A DNA stretch of 39,898 nucleotides from Amoeboaphelidium protococcarum X5 (lineage: Eukaryota > Fungi > Aphelidiomycota). Positions 11,501 to 27,463 of this stretch are shown here, piece by piece; position 1 is the first letter of the stretch; every line of letters begins with the position of its first letter. The stretch is from NCBI GenBank assembly GCA_023515725.1, contig JALDTO010000314.1, positions 1 to 39,898 on the forward strand, given 5' to 3'. The translations under genes and the position numbers were made by a program. The notes under the pieces are model-generated. The model made no database searches and was not told the DNA's origin. It saw only the letters and a list, made by a program, of their open reading frames with translations.

Positions 11501-14152
11501 CCAGTTCTCTAAGTTTTTGAGCGTGTGTTTGCTGAATGCTCTGTCATTAGTAGTGTTAGTATCGACTTTGATATCAGCAATTTGCAATCCGCAGTTGGAG
11601 ACGAGAATCAAGATATTGTTCTCTTGTGTTTATAGTCTCTTTCTATAGGAGTAGAATCCGCTTGCCTGATGGATCTATAGAAAGAAGTGGATTCTCTCGT
11701 ACAATGCCTGTGTAAAATGGCCATAGTTAATGGTGGTTCATTGTAGATGAAGACTTTTGTTGCGTTTAAAGCTATGCTTTAGATTAGTTTCAAGTTTGGG
11801 AATTTCCTTGCAGACTGTTGGAGCCGCGTTTTATCTGTCTTAAGTTTGTTGGATCTGCTCCAGCTTATTGGGGATGGAAGTGGTTAGAAGGCTGCTGTAG
11901 TAACCCCATTACCTGGCAAAAAGAGTTCTGATATTTAATCTCAATCTCCAATAATTAAAGTTGACGATTTGCTAAAGAGACGCCCTTCCTTAAAGTCTGT
12001 TGTGGTCAGATTCAAGTCACAAGAGACAATGATTAGTATCGACAAGCTCTTCGCTCTCACCGCTCGACTAAGCGGATAGTCTGTGATGAAATTTTATGAA
12101 GCAATCTGTCAAGTATCGTAGTATGAGATGAACAATGAAGGCCGGTTGTATTTGTTGCAGAAAGTTGTAGAGATTTCTCATTACAATATGAACAGAATCA
12201 GATTAGAGTGGTCATAAATATGGAAGGTATTGACTTTGTACTTTAGTGGCGCCGGTTGCCATTCTAACGTGGACATTGCGATTCAGGCTATCGATGCACT
12301 CCGTCAGCTCAATTTGAAGTACTTGGATCGTACCGAGTTGTCGAAGTTTGATGGTCATTGTGAAGCATTGAGGCCGTTTGAGAATATTATGAGAAATAGC
12401 AAACACGTCGCTGCTAAAGAGATGATTTTCTAATCATTATCGCAGATTATCATGGCTCGCTAGAAATCGATCTAATCTGGGTGGAAATCGATATTTGTGG
12501 TGATTTCGATTTCAACATAGTAGACGGATAGTGATATTTAAATCATACGAAAAGCTTTTGGGTTGTTGTAAGAGATCGTGAGAAATCATACTGGCGTCGT
12601 TGATGAGTATTTGGTTGATTACGTGTAATGTGTCGTATCGTTTGTGTAAAGATTTGAGAGCCAAAACGGTGAAAGTTCTGCCGCCAGCACTTTAAAAGAC
12701 GTTGACGATCATCGCTTGATCTTTAATGAGGTGCTTAATCTGCTGGTGGAATCTATAAGTAGACTTGGCGACCTTCACAAGAAATCTGGACAGACGCATA
12801 TCAGTGATGATGATTTGCATTTTAAATGGATTCCTCTGTTTTCTGGATTTACCAACATTATTTTAGAGTCTCAGAATTAGGAGATGCGACTTAAAGTGAT
12901 GGATATGCTGTATGACAAGCTGAAAAGTGTGATAACATTGTTCAATGCTGCCGATGGCCAGTGGTTAATTTTGTTAAAAAAGGTTGTATCACCGATTTTG
13001 AATCTACAAGAGTAAATTCCTAGTCAGCCAGATAGTTCATTGGATAGCTTATACTCTCACTGTATCAGAAGATTGTTGGAGTTGTGTAAGCTCAACTTTG
13101 ATGTGCTCAGAGGAAATGAGCAACTTTTTTCTTACGTTATCACCTGCCTCACATAACTACTGGATCGTGATTCTGACTCTCTTGCGCAGTCTGCCGTGTT
13201 GGGATTCAGCTCTATGATTGTGCAAAATTTCAAATAATATGATAATGGCTGCTGGGAAAGTGTCACTGGCGGGCTGGAACAGCTTTTTATAAAGACTCTT
13301 CCGCACGATCTGTTTCAATATCCCAAGTAGAGCATCTCTGGTGGTGGTATTAGTAGCGTAAAGTTTACTGATGTTGAGGCTGAGAATGAAGCACAAATCA
13401 TCTCATCCATCAACATCAACAAAGCTATAATGAAATGCGCGGTTCATCTCATGGTATTATCAATGATGAAAGACTTGATGTTTAAGATTGATGATCCTAT
13501 AATGAACATTCTTGGAGGCAAACCTCTAAAGTCCTTGGTTGGTGATTAGACAAAGTTGATTCCTTCTGAATGCTTCGCCATGATGCCTGAGTAATTTTAA
13601 CACCGTTGGCTTTCGTAGATTACTACATCATTTCGGTTTGCTAAGAGGTTCAATGAAGATTATGAGTTGCGTTTGGCTTTAAAAACGAGTGGGGTGGTTT
13701 AAAAGATGCCAGACTTGGTTAAGCAGGAGACCATATCACTGAGTCTTTACATCTGCGCTGTCTTTAACTCTTATAGATATCTGGGCGATAGTTTTTCTAA
13801 ATCTGGTTCTCACTTCGATGACGCTGTGTAATAATGTTTGCTGATATCAAAGCGGTACATTGATTTCCATGCGGATCTGTAAAAGCATGTCCGCGATATT
13901 AACAATTGGAGAAATGTTGTCTGTATCATTTGGTATTAAGTTGTTCATTTGTCTTGGCAAGAGTTTGCTGAAGGTAGTTGCACTCAACATCAGTAGATTA
14001 AACAGTATATTCCAAAGCTTTTCGATCTGGCTGTTGCTTTACAGACTCGCTGTGAAAAAGGTGATGACGTGTCGATCCCTGTCAGTCTTTTCATGCAGAA
14101 AATATCTGTAGTTGTCCACTCGTACTTTAGACAGAGTGTTGATTTAAAGTGA
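8600..14152 (+). CDS. SEC7: large Arf-GEF of the Sec7/BIG family (~1850 aa); true start may lie further upstream
   Basis: HUS box DIWLNYDC; Sec7 domain FRLPGEAQKIDRIMEKFA and YVLAFSIMMLNTDQHS; HDS motifs ISHYNMNRIRLEWSQIW, IQSGWKSIF, FAKRFNEDYELR, LVKQET; one frame to TGA 14150-14152 (spot-checked, not every codon). Confidence 0.95.
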
Positions 14153-14254
14153 TATATCATCGGTTGTCAATTTCATGATAAGTATGAACAATTATGGTAT
14201 TTACTTTATAATCTAATATATACTTCCGACTAATCAAAAGTATTTACGTTGCTA

Positions 14255-15490
14255 TCATTGAGGCAATGGTCTATAATCTTGACAAAACTGCTCCCACTCG
14301 GGCTGAACAGGCTAAATTTCGATAAATCCAGCCAAATTACGGCGTTCAGCCGAATCCTTTTTACTAAATCGTTGTTGAAATTTAATTTCTGGCTGCAAAA
14401 ACGCCATTAATTCATCATACCATTTAATTGGGCAATTAGCAAGATATGCAATAGACTCTGGATTTTGATTCTGGATAGCCATTTTGATCATTCGTTACCT
14501 GAACGCGGCCGGTAGATAGCCATTATTCTGCCCCCTTTAAATAAGACTATACGTAGACTAAAGCATGATACCCTTAACACTAAGGAACACAAGATGCAGC
14601 ACCAGTAAATCACGACGACTCATCACAAACCTCCAAAGCTTCGGGTCCAGTCTTGAAAACGAAATCTACCAGATAGTTGAAACCACCTATGAGGATAATT
14701 AGCCATTTACTTTAGGGAAATTCTCATAATCTAAAACCATTTGCAAAGTCACACTATCTCCCAATTCACATAATCTCTAGGGCACTAATTCCCATACAGA
14801 TCGCCATGCATCATCATCAACATTTTCCACACCAACGATAAAATCAAAAGCAGAAAGTCCGCCCTCATGCATAGCTTCAGCTATAGCATTGGCTTGAATA
14901 GAACTCGAAAGCTACATTGAGAGTGCCCAATCAAGTGTAGGCTAGTTCTACTGTAGCAGGGCAGACTTGATACACGACTGCAGTAAATTATCTGGTATAG
15001 TCTACTGCTAATTGTTATCTTAAATCATTACAGCATTAGCCCAATTGATTAAATAATGTTCCTTATCCGCATATCCACAGACAATTCCCGCGAATCTAGA
15101 GTCAGATTACTCTGTTATATATTTACCTTACAGCTAGTGAGCGAGATTTTCTTTACCTTGGAGTAACCATTGCTTCATAAGCAAATGTAAACGATCAGCT
15201 TCACGCGCTTTCACCATCAAATCCTAGTCAGACTTGGCGCGTAAGTAATTCCAAGCAGAGTGGCTCACAGAAAAAGCTTGATGATTACCTGAATATTCTA
15301 GAATTTGCATTTGTTAAAGCTCAGAAAACTCAGAAAATTTATTAAACGTATTTGACGCAGCGCATTAAGGATCATCATTAATATCACAGACCATTGGAGT
15401 TGTAGATTATTCAGTGCCGACAGATTAAACTTCAACCATAGACCATGTGATCAGCATCATCATTAACGCGCAATATATAACTACATTCAT
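14255..15490 (-). CDS. secreted hypothetical protein (411 aa), possible F-box-like motif after the signal peptide
   Basis: Open from ATG 15490 to TGA 14255-14257; N-terminus MNVVIYCALMMMLITWSMVEVQS is signal-peptide-like; remainder looks helical with no recognised family. Confidence 0.75.
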
Positions 15491-16428
15491 TTTTATTTTT
15501 TATTATAAATTTCGCAATCTATAAATTATTTTTCGTTGTTGCCAAAGATGAGGGAAGTATAGTTATCAAATGTCTATCCACGAGATATTGCCCCTACCAA
15601 GGCGATGCGCGATGTTACACGGTCAATTGCTCCGGTTCTCTCAAGTAACGCAATTCAGAAGTGTTTATATCAGCCTATTGCGCGTTTAATTCGCCGTCAA
15701 AAAACTAAAAAGTCCCACACAACTAAATTAAGTTTTGAAAGATTTCATGTCCTATTGATTTGTTTCGATTTATATCAGTCGAGGAGTGGCGGATCCCTTA
15801 ATAAACACGATCGCTGACTTCCTCCTACACAACTCAAAATAATCAACCATGATCATAAAGCATATCTCACGCAACTACGAGACTAATTAAATATCACTTT
15901 CTAACGTGGGGTTATAATTCTCGTATAACTAGAGTAGGGAATCAGATCACAAAGCCGATGAATGTAGTTCCCTCTTTAATCAGATTGTTCGTAGCCGCCC
16001 TATAGGTTGGTCATTGTTACGGCAAAGTTTTCCCACTTATAACGCCTTTCTTTAAAAGCGCGCCGCAATAATTCGATCGTTTTGTTTTTCTCAAGACGAC
16101 CTGCGAGAGACAGAGAGGAAGCGATCGCTCCGAGCGACATGGCACAGGCAACCACCAAAAACAAGCGACGATTCTTTTCAAACAACAGCTGCCAGTTCAC
16201 CTCATTCAGGTTATAAAATTCGATTTCTGCTGCAATCTCTCTGAATTTGTGTGCTGTTAGATTGAAATAATTTGCAGTGTATACTCTGTTGGATTATTGA
16301 TATTCTTAGAATTGCTGCTGCTGAATAAATAGTGCATCTATTTATTTACTGCTTTATAGAGTAACATCTGTACATAGAAAATACTTTTTGAATCTATTGG
16401 CCATACAGTATATAATTCATCCCAGACA

Positions 16429-18846
<2,418 letters not shown>

Positions 18847-18947
18847 TTACGATGTTGAATTTTTAATATAATTCCAAGTCTATTGTTGATTTACTTGGCT
18901 CTTTTTTAAAATAGATACTGTGGATTATAACGCCGACTATAACTTGA

Positions 18948-21452
18948 TCAGTTGTTATTTAACGACTGAGCAAATCTCTCATACTGATCCAACATTGCTT
19001 GAGTGATTCTTGGACGCACAACTCTGAACGCCTAATCAAAGTGGTCCATTGATACTTTAACAGTAATATCAGGACCATCTGAACGCGTCTACACTTTATC
19101 AGAAGCATTACTTTCTGATTATTGAGAATGATGATAAACTTGAGATAGAGCATCCATAGCAGCTTCTCTACACAAAGCCACAATCTCAGCTCCGCTCATA
19201 CCATTGGTCCTCTCAGCTAACACGTCCATAGCCACATCGTCAGCGAGTGGCATTTTCGCAGTACGAATCCCAAGAATAGCCAATCGAGCCTCCTTATCAG
19301 GTGGTGGAATATACAACAGACGATCCAGTCTACCTGGGCGAAGAAGCGCAGGATCCAATATATCCGGTCTATTTGTGGCAGCGATAATGATGACATTACT
19401 CAACATCTCTACGCCGTCCATCTCATTGAGAAGTTGAATCAATACGCGATCACCCACGGAGCTTCCATTACTATTATTACTTGATGGAGAATCACCAAAT
19501 CCACTCCTCTTTACAGCGACCGCATCAATCTCATCAAAGAATACAATGGACGGACTGGATGCTTTAGCTTTTCTGAACACTTCCCTCACGGCCTTCTCAC
19601 TCTCACCGACCCATTTGCTGAATAGCTCCGATCCTTTGATTGCATAGAAATTGAGACCAGACTCTGTAGCTATAGCCTTTGCAAGTAAAGTTTTACTACA
19701 GCCTGAAGGTCCATATAGGAGGACTCCTTTGGGTGGTTCAATACCGAGCTACTTGAATACTTGAGGATTCTGAATGGGCCACTCCACAGATTCTTTCAGT
19801 CTCCGCTTAACATCTTCAAGGCCGCCAATATCGCTCCAGTGTACTTTAGGAATCTCTAAAGATATCTCACGCATCGCCGATGGTTTAATCAGCGTCTTGG
19901 CATGTAAAAAGTCTTGATATTAAACCAAATGACCATCAGTCTGAGCGCTTTCTAATTGTAGACACTTGATGCTATCCACTAAGCTATCACACTATTCATC
20001 TGCCACGGACTTCAACGAAGAATCGGATCTAATATGTCGGCCTGAGCTACCAATGACGCGCTCCATCGCTAGAAGGGAAGCCTCACGACAGAGACCAGCA
20101 ATATCAGCACCTACATACCCATGACTGGAATCAGCAATACTTATAATCTATTCTCGCAATAAGTTGTGTGGAATCTTGGATAAGTAGAAATCAAATATCT
20201 CCAATCGTTCATCTGATGAAGGAACTCCAATCTCAATCTCCTTATCAAAACGGCCAGTTCTCCTTAGTGCAGGATCCAGAGCATTCGGCCTATTAGTGGC
20301 ACCGATAACAATCATATGACCTTTATTGACCAAGTTAGTATTAGTATTTGAACCATCAATTTAACTGAAACTTTACTCCATACCGTCCATAAGGGTCAAC
20401 ATTGTGGCCACCAAGCGCTTCTCAGTCTCACTCTGCGAAGTGTCACGCCTAGGAAATAGAGCATCAATCTCATCTATAAACAGTATGCTGCTTCTACGAG
20501 TATTGATATCAGCACATTAATCATCACTATCCGACCAGTCTTCATCCAAATCCTAAGAAGACGCATCATCACGCGCCTATTGCCAAATATCCCTCAACTT
20601 TTTCTCAGACTCGCCATGGTACTGACTCGCCACCTCAGCACCATTAATCACTGTTAATCTTAGGTTCAACTCTCTAGCCAAAGATCTAACCATCAACGTC
20701 TTTCCCGTACCTGCCTGACCATACAACAAAATTCCTTTAACAGGCTTAATATTGTACTTGGCATAGAGATCAGGCCGTGTAAGCGGAAGTTCAATCATAT
20801 CACGCACCAACTTCAATTAACTTTTCATACCAGCAATCATTGGCGTGTTGGAAGATCCAGATTGTGTATGAGCACTATTATTATTATTGTGAGACTTTAC
20901 AGTGAATATTGTATCTTGACACACCACTCCTACAGAAGTGATAGACTGCAAGGAGGATAAATCTTTAGATATGAGCGATGGAACGTAAGTTGACTCTAAA
21001 TTGAGTTGACATTTCACACTCAGCTTTATACTGTCATTCAAGTACTTGATAGCAATATTCTACTTTTGCATACAATATTGCGCCTATAATAAGTGATTCT
21101 TGACCAAATGCAACAGGACGTCCTTCTTTATCCCGACACTTTATAATGGCAAGATTATCACCTTCTTAACAAGATGAAATACATAATCATCACACTTAAA
21201 CACACTGATAAAGGTGTTATTACTAGCACTATCTAAATTTATAATATCCAAATTCTCAGCGCTCAACTAACCAATCTTGACCGTATTACTGGCCAGTGAC
21301 GCGTCAGGCCAAGCTGTGAGAACCAATTTCTCGTTCAATAGTAAAGGTTATAGAACTGCATACTTTTGTCTGTTCATGTCCAGCGTGGATATATAAATTC
21401 TATCATCTGCACATTTATCATCGACAACAACATTAAACTATTACCCACTCAT
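18948..21452 (-). CDS. AFG2: type II AAA+ ATPase Afg2/Drg1/SPATA5 (834 aa)
   Basis: Two AAA domains: [21 protein letters not shown] and [21 protein letters not shown]. The GCSKT D2 Walker A is typical of Afg2/SPATA5. ATG 21452, TGA 18948-18950. Confidence 0.88.
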
Positions 21453-21627
21453 ATTATTAATATCTTAGATACTATTACCAAAAGTGCAATAATAATAAGG
21501 CAAGCTTTTGATCTAAACTGTGAAAAATGGTCAAACTCAGATTTGGATTTTTCAACTTTTGATCTACATTTATCTATTCCATCACAATTTGATACTTTAA
21601 TAATACCAATTATATCAAAATTTGAAA

Positions 21628-22645
<1,018 letters not shown>

Positions 22646-22925
22646 ACATATTGCAATATATATTCTCTTATGAATTATCATTCCCTCTTTTATATATTTT
22701 GACCAAAGTATACTGACCCTAGTTATTGGTTCCTTTCCTTTCTATTGATTTATTGAATGACGTAACCTTGCGTGGCTGAAACGCATAACGCTCGTTCGCT
22801 ATTCTGTTTTAAGCTTTCGTCGCCTCTTCAACATCATCATCATTTCCCAATTCCCTCCTAGTTTCATTCCACATTACGTCACGAATTCATCAACTCTTCA
22901 TATTGAAATATTTCTATTAAACTTA

Positions 22926-23866
22926 ATGGAGAAGGAAGCGATCACAGTGGAGAACTTGTCCTATTCTTATGGTGGTCCCAAAGTGTTGGACAATGTCAAT
23001 CTGCACTTGCCATACGGTGCGCGATGTCTTTTAGTTGGTGCCAACGGGTAAGATTTCCATCTATTGTCTTTTGAATTAATAAAAGCTGATTAAATCAAGT
23101 TTTGTGTAGAGCTGGCAAGTCAACGCTGCTTAGAGTACTCGCTGGTAAGAGGCTTGTTCATGCCAAGGTTCAGGTGATGGGGCGCGATGCATATAGTGAC
23201 ACTCCGGACGAGGTGTAGTACTTGGGCGCAGAGTTCATTTAGAATCCAATTGTGCATGGCGATGTCGTGGTCTCGTCTCTACTTAAGTCTATGGGCAGTG
23301 AGCGTTATGGAGACCGTGTTTAAAAGTTGATGCAGATTCTTGATGTTAACGTTGAGTGGCACATGAACGAGATTTCTGACGGTGAACGCCGCAGAGTGTA
23401 GATTCTGATGGGATTGCTGAAACCATTCCAGGTTCTGTTGCAAGATGAAGTCACTGTGGATCTGGACGTTATTGTACGTAGAAATCTTCTGGATTATCTC
23501 AAGAATGATTGTAATTAGGCCACAGTCATCTATGCTACTCATATCTTTGATGGCCTGGGAGATTGGCCTACTCATATTGCGCACATAAGAAGTGGTACTA
23601 TAATCAAGACGTATCAGTTTTCTGATGTCATGTAGTAGTATGAGACTTAGTTTTTGAAATAGAATGCGCGCCAGTCTTTCGATTCTCCTCTATTGACCGT
23701 GGTAGAGAGTTGGCTCCGTGAAGATTTTAAGGTGGCTGCCTCCAGTGCTGCTGGTCGTCGTGGCCGTGATGGTAAGACTCAGCAGATTACCGAATTGGAC
23801 AGAAAGGGAGAAGATGCTGCCAAATATGGCGACAAGTTTTATAATTACTGGAAGAATTCAGCTTGA
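22926..23866 (+). CDS. CAF16: soluble ABC ATPase of the Caf16 family; join(22926..23047,23110..23866)
   Basis: [24 protein letters not shown]; [19 protein letters not shown]; DEVTVDLDV; YATHIFDGL; C-terminal YNYW; no TM segments. Confidence 0.92.
23048..23109 (+). other. spliceosomal intron in CAF16 (62 nt)
   Basis: GTAAGA...TGTAG splits a Gly codon of Walker A (GG|A); removal restores GANGAGKST. Confidence 0.93.
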
Positions 23867-23976
23867 GATCTTAATTTAAATGTGAAAAGGGAAACATATG
23901 TATCATGCATGTTCTGACATTATAGCTTTTATCGTGATATACGCACTTTATTTGCAGTTTAAATGATCATCAAAAG

Positions 23977-26900
23977 TCATAGACTCAGCTCTTTTATTTT
24001 CCTTAAGAGTTTATCGTTCTCCTATACCAGCTTCATATTCTCAACTTTTAAATCGTTATTCTCCTACTTTATCTGCAGATGATACTAGAGCTTTTGCTTT
24101 ACATTGTTATGCTTGACCAGTTTGTCATTCTCCTCTTCCAGCTTTGAATGATGATCAAGCAATTGTTTCAATTTATCACTTAAACTCTACTCGCCATTAG
24201 GCACTGCCTTCAACTAATTGGCCTTATCAATCAGTTGCCCAAATTCTGCCAATTAAGCGCTTTAATTGTCATATTTCTTAATCGTTTCCTAAAGCATCAG
24301 CTCCATCTCATCTAATTTAGTCTTATACTACATCAACTCGTTCTAATGAGACACCCTTAATTCCGATTATTACTTCTAAAGTTCACTGACGCTACCATTC
24401 AAAATAACAATCTAAGAACGCAACTGAGCACAATCAGCGGCTGATTACTCCAACTCTCTGCCTTGCAAACTAAGAGCCTCCTCCTTCAATCTCAATTCAG
24501 ACTACAACTTGTGAAGCTGCTTTGAGTCTGAATCTTTGCTACTGGCTTTAATCAATTCAATGTGTCGATGCAGCTCTCGGTTTTATTACTAAAGTTCATC
24601 AACCTAAGTCTTGTACTGAATAACGCATAATTTCAACTATTCATCGTACTTATGCTGGAGAACTTCAACTTAAGCAGAAAATTAACTCTCGATCTAAGTC
24701 TTTCCATCCACGGCAATCTCTAAATCTTATCTCAGATTATCAATTTCAAAATCTTTCGATTCTAGCTCTATCTACAATTTCTCTACTGCCGCATCTAAAT
24801 ACCTCTCCTTCTCTTGAACTTGCTCCATGACTCTCTACACTGATTCCAACTCATTCTTCAATTACTGAACTTGTTAATCTTTGCTACTCAATTCATCCTG
24901 TGAATTACTTAATTAGCTCTAAAGCTCAGACAATTACCTCTCATACTCAGATTATCGTGAGAGCTGATTAGACTCAAGAGATGTAAGCTATTAGACTAGC
25001 TTCTCCGCCTAGATACGCAACTATTCGTTATCCTCTTTCAATTAATTTTCACGTTCGTTCCATTGTTATTCAGAATTCAAGGCGTCCTTCTGCAATTAAG
25101 AATACTCACTTTTAGTCACAGCGAGTTGATCAAACAGGCCATCATACTCCTTCTACAAGACAGCTTTCTCTTCAGAAACTTGATGATATTTTTATATCAG
25201 ACTTTAAAGCTTTTCCAACAGCTCTGGATGTTGTTAAGTAAGATTCTATTCTGCATCTTATTTCATCAACTTATTCTCTCGTTCCAACTCCAGCAGACGG
25301 TCCGATAGAGCGTACTGAATCTTTTTACTCTCAAATTGCAACTGCTCAACTCTGTTAATTTCAGGCATCACTTGCTCATATCTCTCAACTTCCTACCTCA
25401 GCCTAAGATTATCCGAGGCGAAACGTATCACAGCAGGATTACTCTACAACTCTTGCTTAAGGTGATCAATCTCTTTAATTAATTCAATTTCAACCGAGGA
25501 ATATTAATCAGATTTCAACTTTCCTATTACAGAATCCTTCAACTTTACAATCATTTTTTCATTTTACAATTTACGGTCCAAAGACTCAATCAGTTACTCT
25601 TGTTAAGACAACTACTGCTGTAACTACTCCTTCTCAAGTCTCAATTATCTCTAATCATTCAGAGCCCACTCAGCAATTTAATCATCTCTTCTATCAACAT
25701 CATTACCGCTCTCCAACAAAGAACTATCTTGAACCACTAACTATTACAAAGATGAATGACCAAATTGCTATATTTAGTGACTTTTCAACATTAAAACTTC
25801 ATGCTTCAGCCTGGAAATCTCATCAACCAGTGAAGTTACATCTCCAACAAATTCTTGATTCATAGTCGCAAAACTTTTGATCATCTTTGCTCTATCAGCG
25901 AATCTCAAAGTACTTAAAGTCTCTGCCAAATGCAACTCTTTATCATGACCAACTACACAAGCGACAATACGACACAGAGCATTACCACCCAAGGAATCTT
26001 TAAGCAAAAATGTGAGTTTAGAATCACGATATTGAACAAATTTACTTTTGCGCACACAATTCAATCCACCATCCGACGTATTATCAATCATATTCTAAGT
26101 AGCGTTAGCAGTAGTAGTAGATAAAGAATTGTCGGCCAGTGCATTGATAACATTACCCAGGGCAAGTAGAGACTTATTAATGTTACCAGCCTCTTTCAAT
26201 CTCTAACCAGACGTGTCAGCTTTACCTTGTCTCTCTGAGCCCGCAAGATCAGTGAAATGACATTTACTAACTTTAACATCATACACACCATTGACTAGAA
26301 CCTTACTCTGAACATAGACTGTGAATATAACATGAGATCTACTAGATTCCCGATTGAGCGAAGTTGCAGCAATTTTACGCCTCGATACACCAATGTCAAA
26401 TATACGGAGAGCATCTGCAGCGGTCTGAACCAACTCAATTATTGCCCCTTCCACATATACACCACGCTTTAAATCTTATCTTATTTGGAGTGATTGAGAT
26501 TGCTCATCAGATAATAAATCGTACACTTGTTCATTATAAATTTCAACAAAGGAACATCTAACCTACCAAGTGATACTCTCTCCTTATTCCAGTTACTGCA
26601 CTTACTATTAAATACGTCTGAACAAGTAATCCAGAGACAGAGGAATAATACCAGGATTATCGTCACTTCCCTGCATAGTATAAGTCTTACCAGAAGACGT
26701 TTAGCCATACGCAAATATAGTGGCATTGTAACCATCAAGACAATTATCCAAAAGTGGCCGTGCAATGAAATCGAATACCTCCAGCTGAGACTGATCTGAA
26801 TACCGAGACTGTATCACTTTGTCAAAAGCATATAGTTAATTCTAAATTACCAAGACTGCATTCTAATCTCTAGCCACAGAGCAGAAACCGGTATCATCAT

Positions 26901-26988
26901 CACTCGACTCCACAGGCGGCTTGATTCTCACTAAAACATGAATATTGTCTTTGGCAATCACGCCCTCCACAGACTAACGTGAGAGCAT
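23977..26988 (-). CDS. KIF15: kinesin-12 (KIF15-like) motor with long coiled coil and HMMR-like C-terminal motif (1003 aa)
   Basis: [74 protein letters not shown]; tail [21 protein letters not shown] matches the KIF15/HMMR-type motif. Confidence 0.88.
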
Positions 26989-27463
26989 ATATTAAAAGTA
27001 TTCAGAATCTACTATATCAAATCTGAAAATAAATATGAATGGGTGTAACCTTGATACCAAACGGCGATTAATAGTTTAAAGATCTGTAACAGAAGAGAAA
27101 GAAACCGCGTAAAAAGGAGTTGCTGAAACAGAAACATTTTGGCGCAAACTATTTCACCAACTATTTCTCTTCTCATTCCGTCGTTTCTCTCGCCATGTCT
27201 CTCTGTCTTGTCATACTTTGTTCTTCTTCATAGGGGAGTCTCTCTCTGTGATGTTTCTCATTCTTGGTCGTTCTCTACCTTAAACGCGCGCGCTGTCCTC
27301 ATTACATTCCCTCGCTCATCTCCTTTTCTTTTCCGTTCATCGTCGCTGTGTGTTCTTGTCCTTTGAATTGCTCAGGTGAATTTCATTCTTCTCACGAACT
27401 TAAGAGTAACCCCCGTTCACTTCTTATTACGCGATACGCTTGAGAGTTTACTCCTCTATCAAG

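Noticed and set aside
15605-16200. Short ORFs 15605..15817 (+) and 16000..16200 (-) in the long divergent intergenic region
   Set aside because: No recognisable motifs; the second has no ATG; more likely promoter or 5' UTR
18948-21452. CDC48/p97 or PEX1/6 identity for the AAA ATPase
   Set aside because: D2 Walker A GCSKT and the divergent N-domain fit Afg2/SPATA5; no Cdc48 HbYX tail
21453-21627. Yeast-type RRPE/PAC elements in the AFG2-DIM1 promoter
   Set aside because: Only a partial TGAAAAAT in AT-rich DNA and no GATGAG; insufficient support
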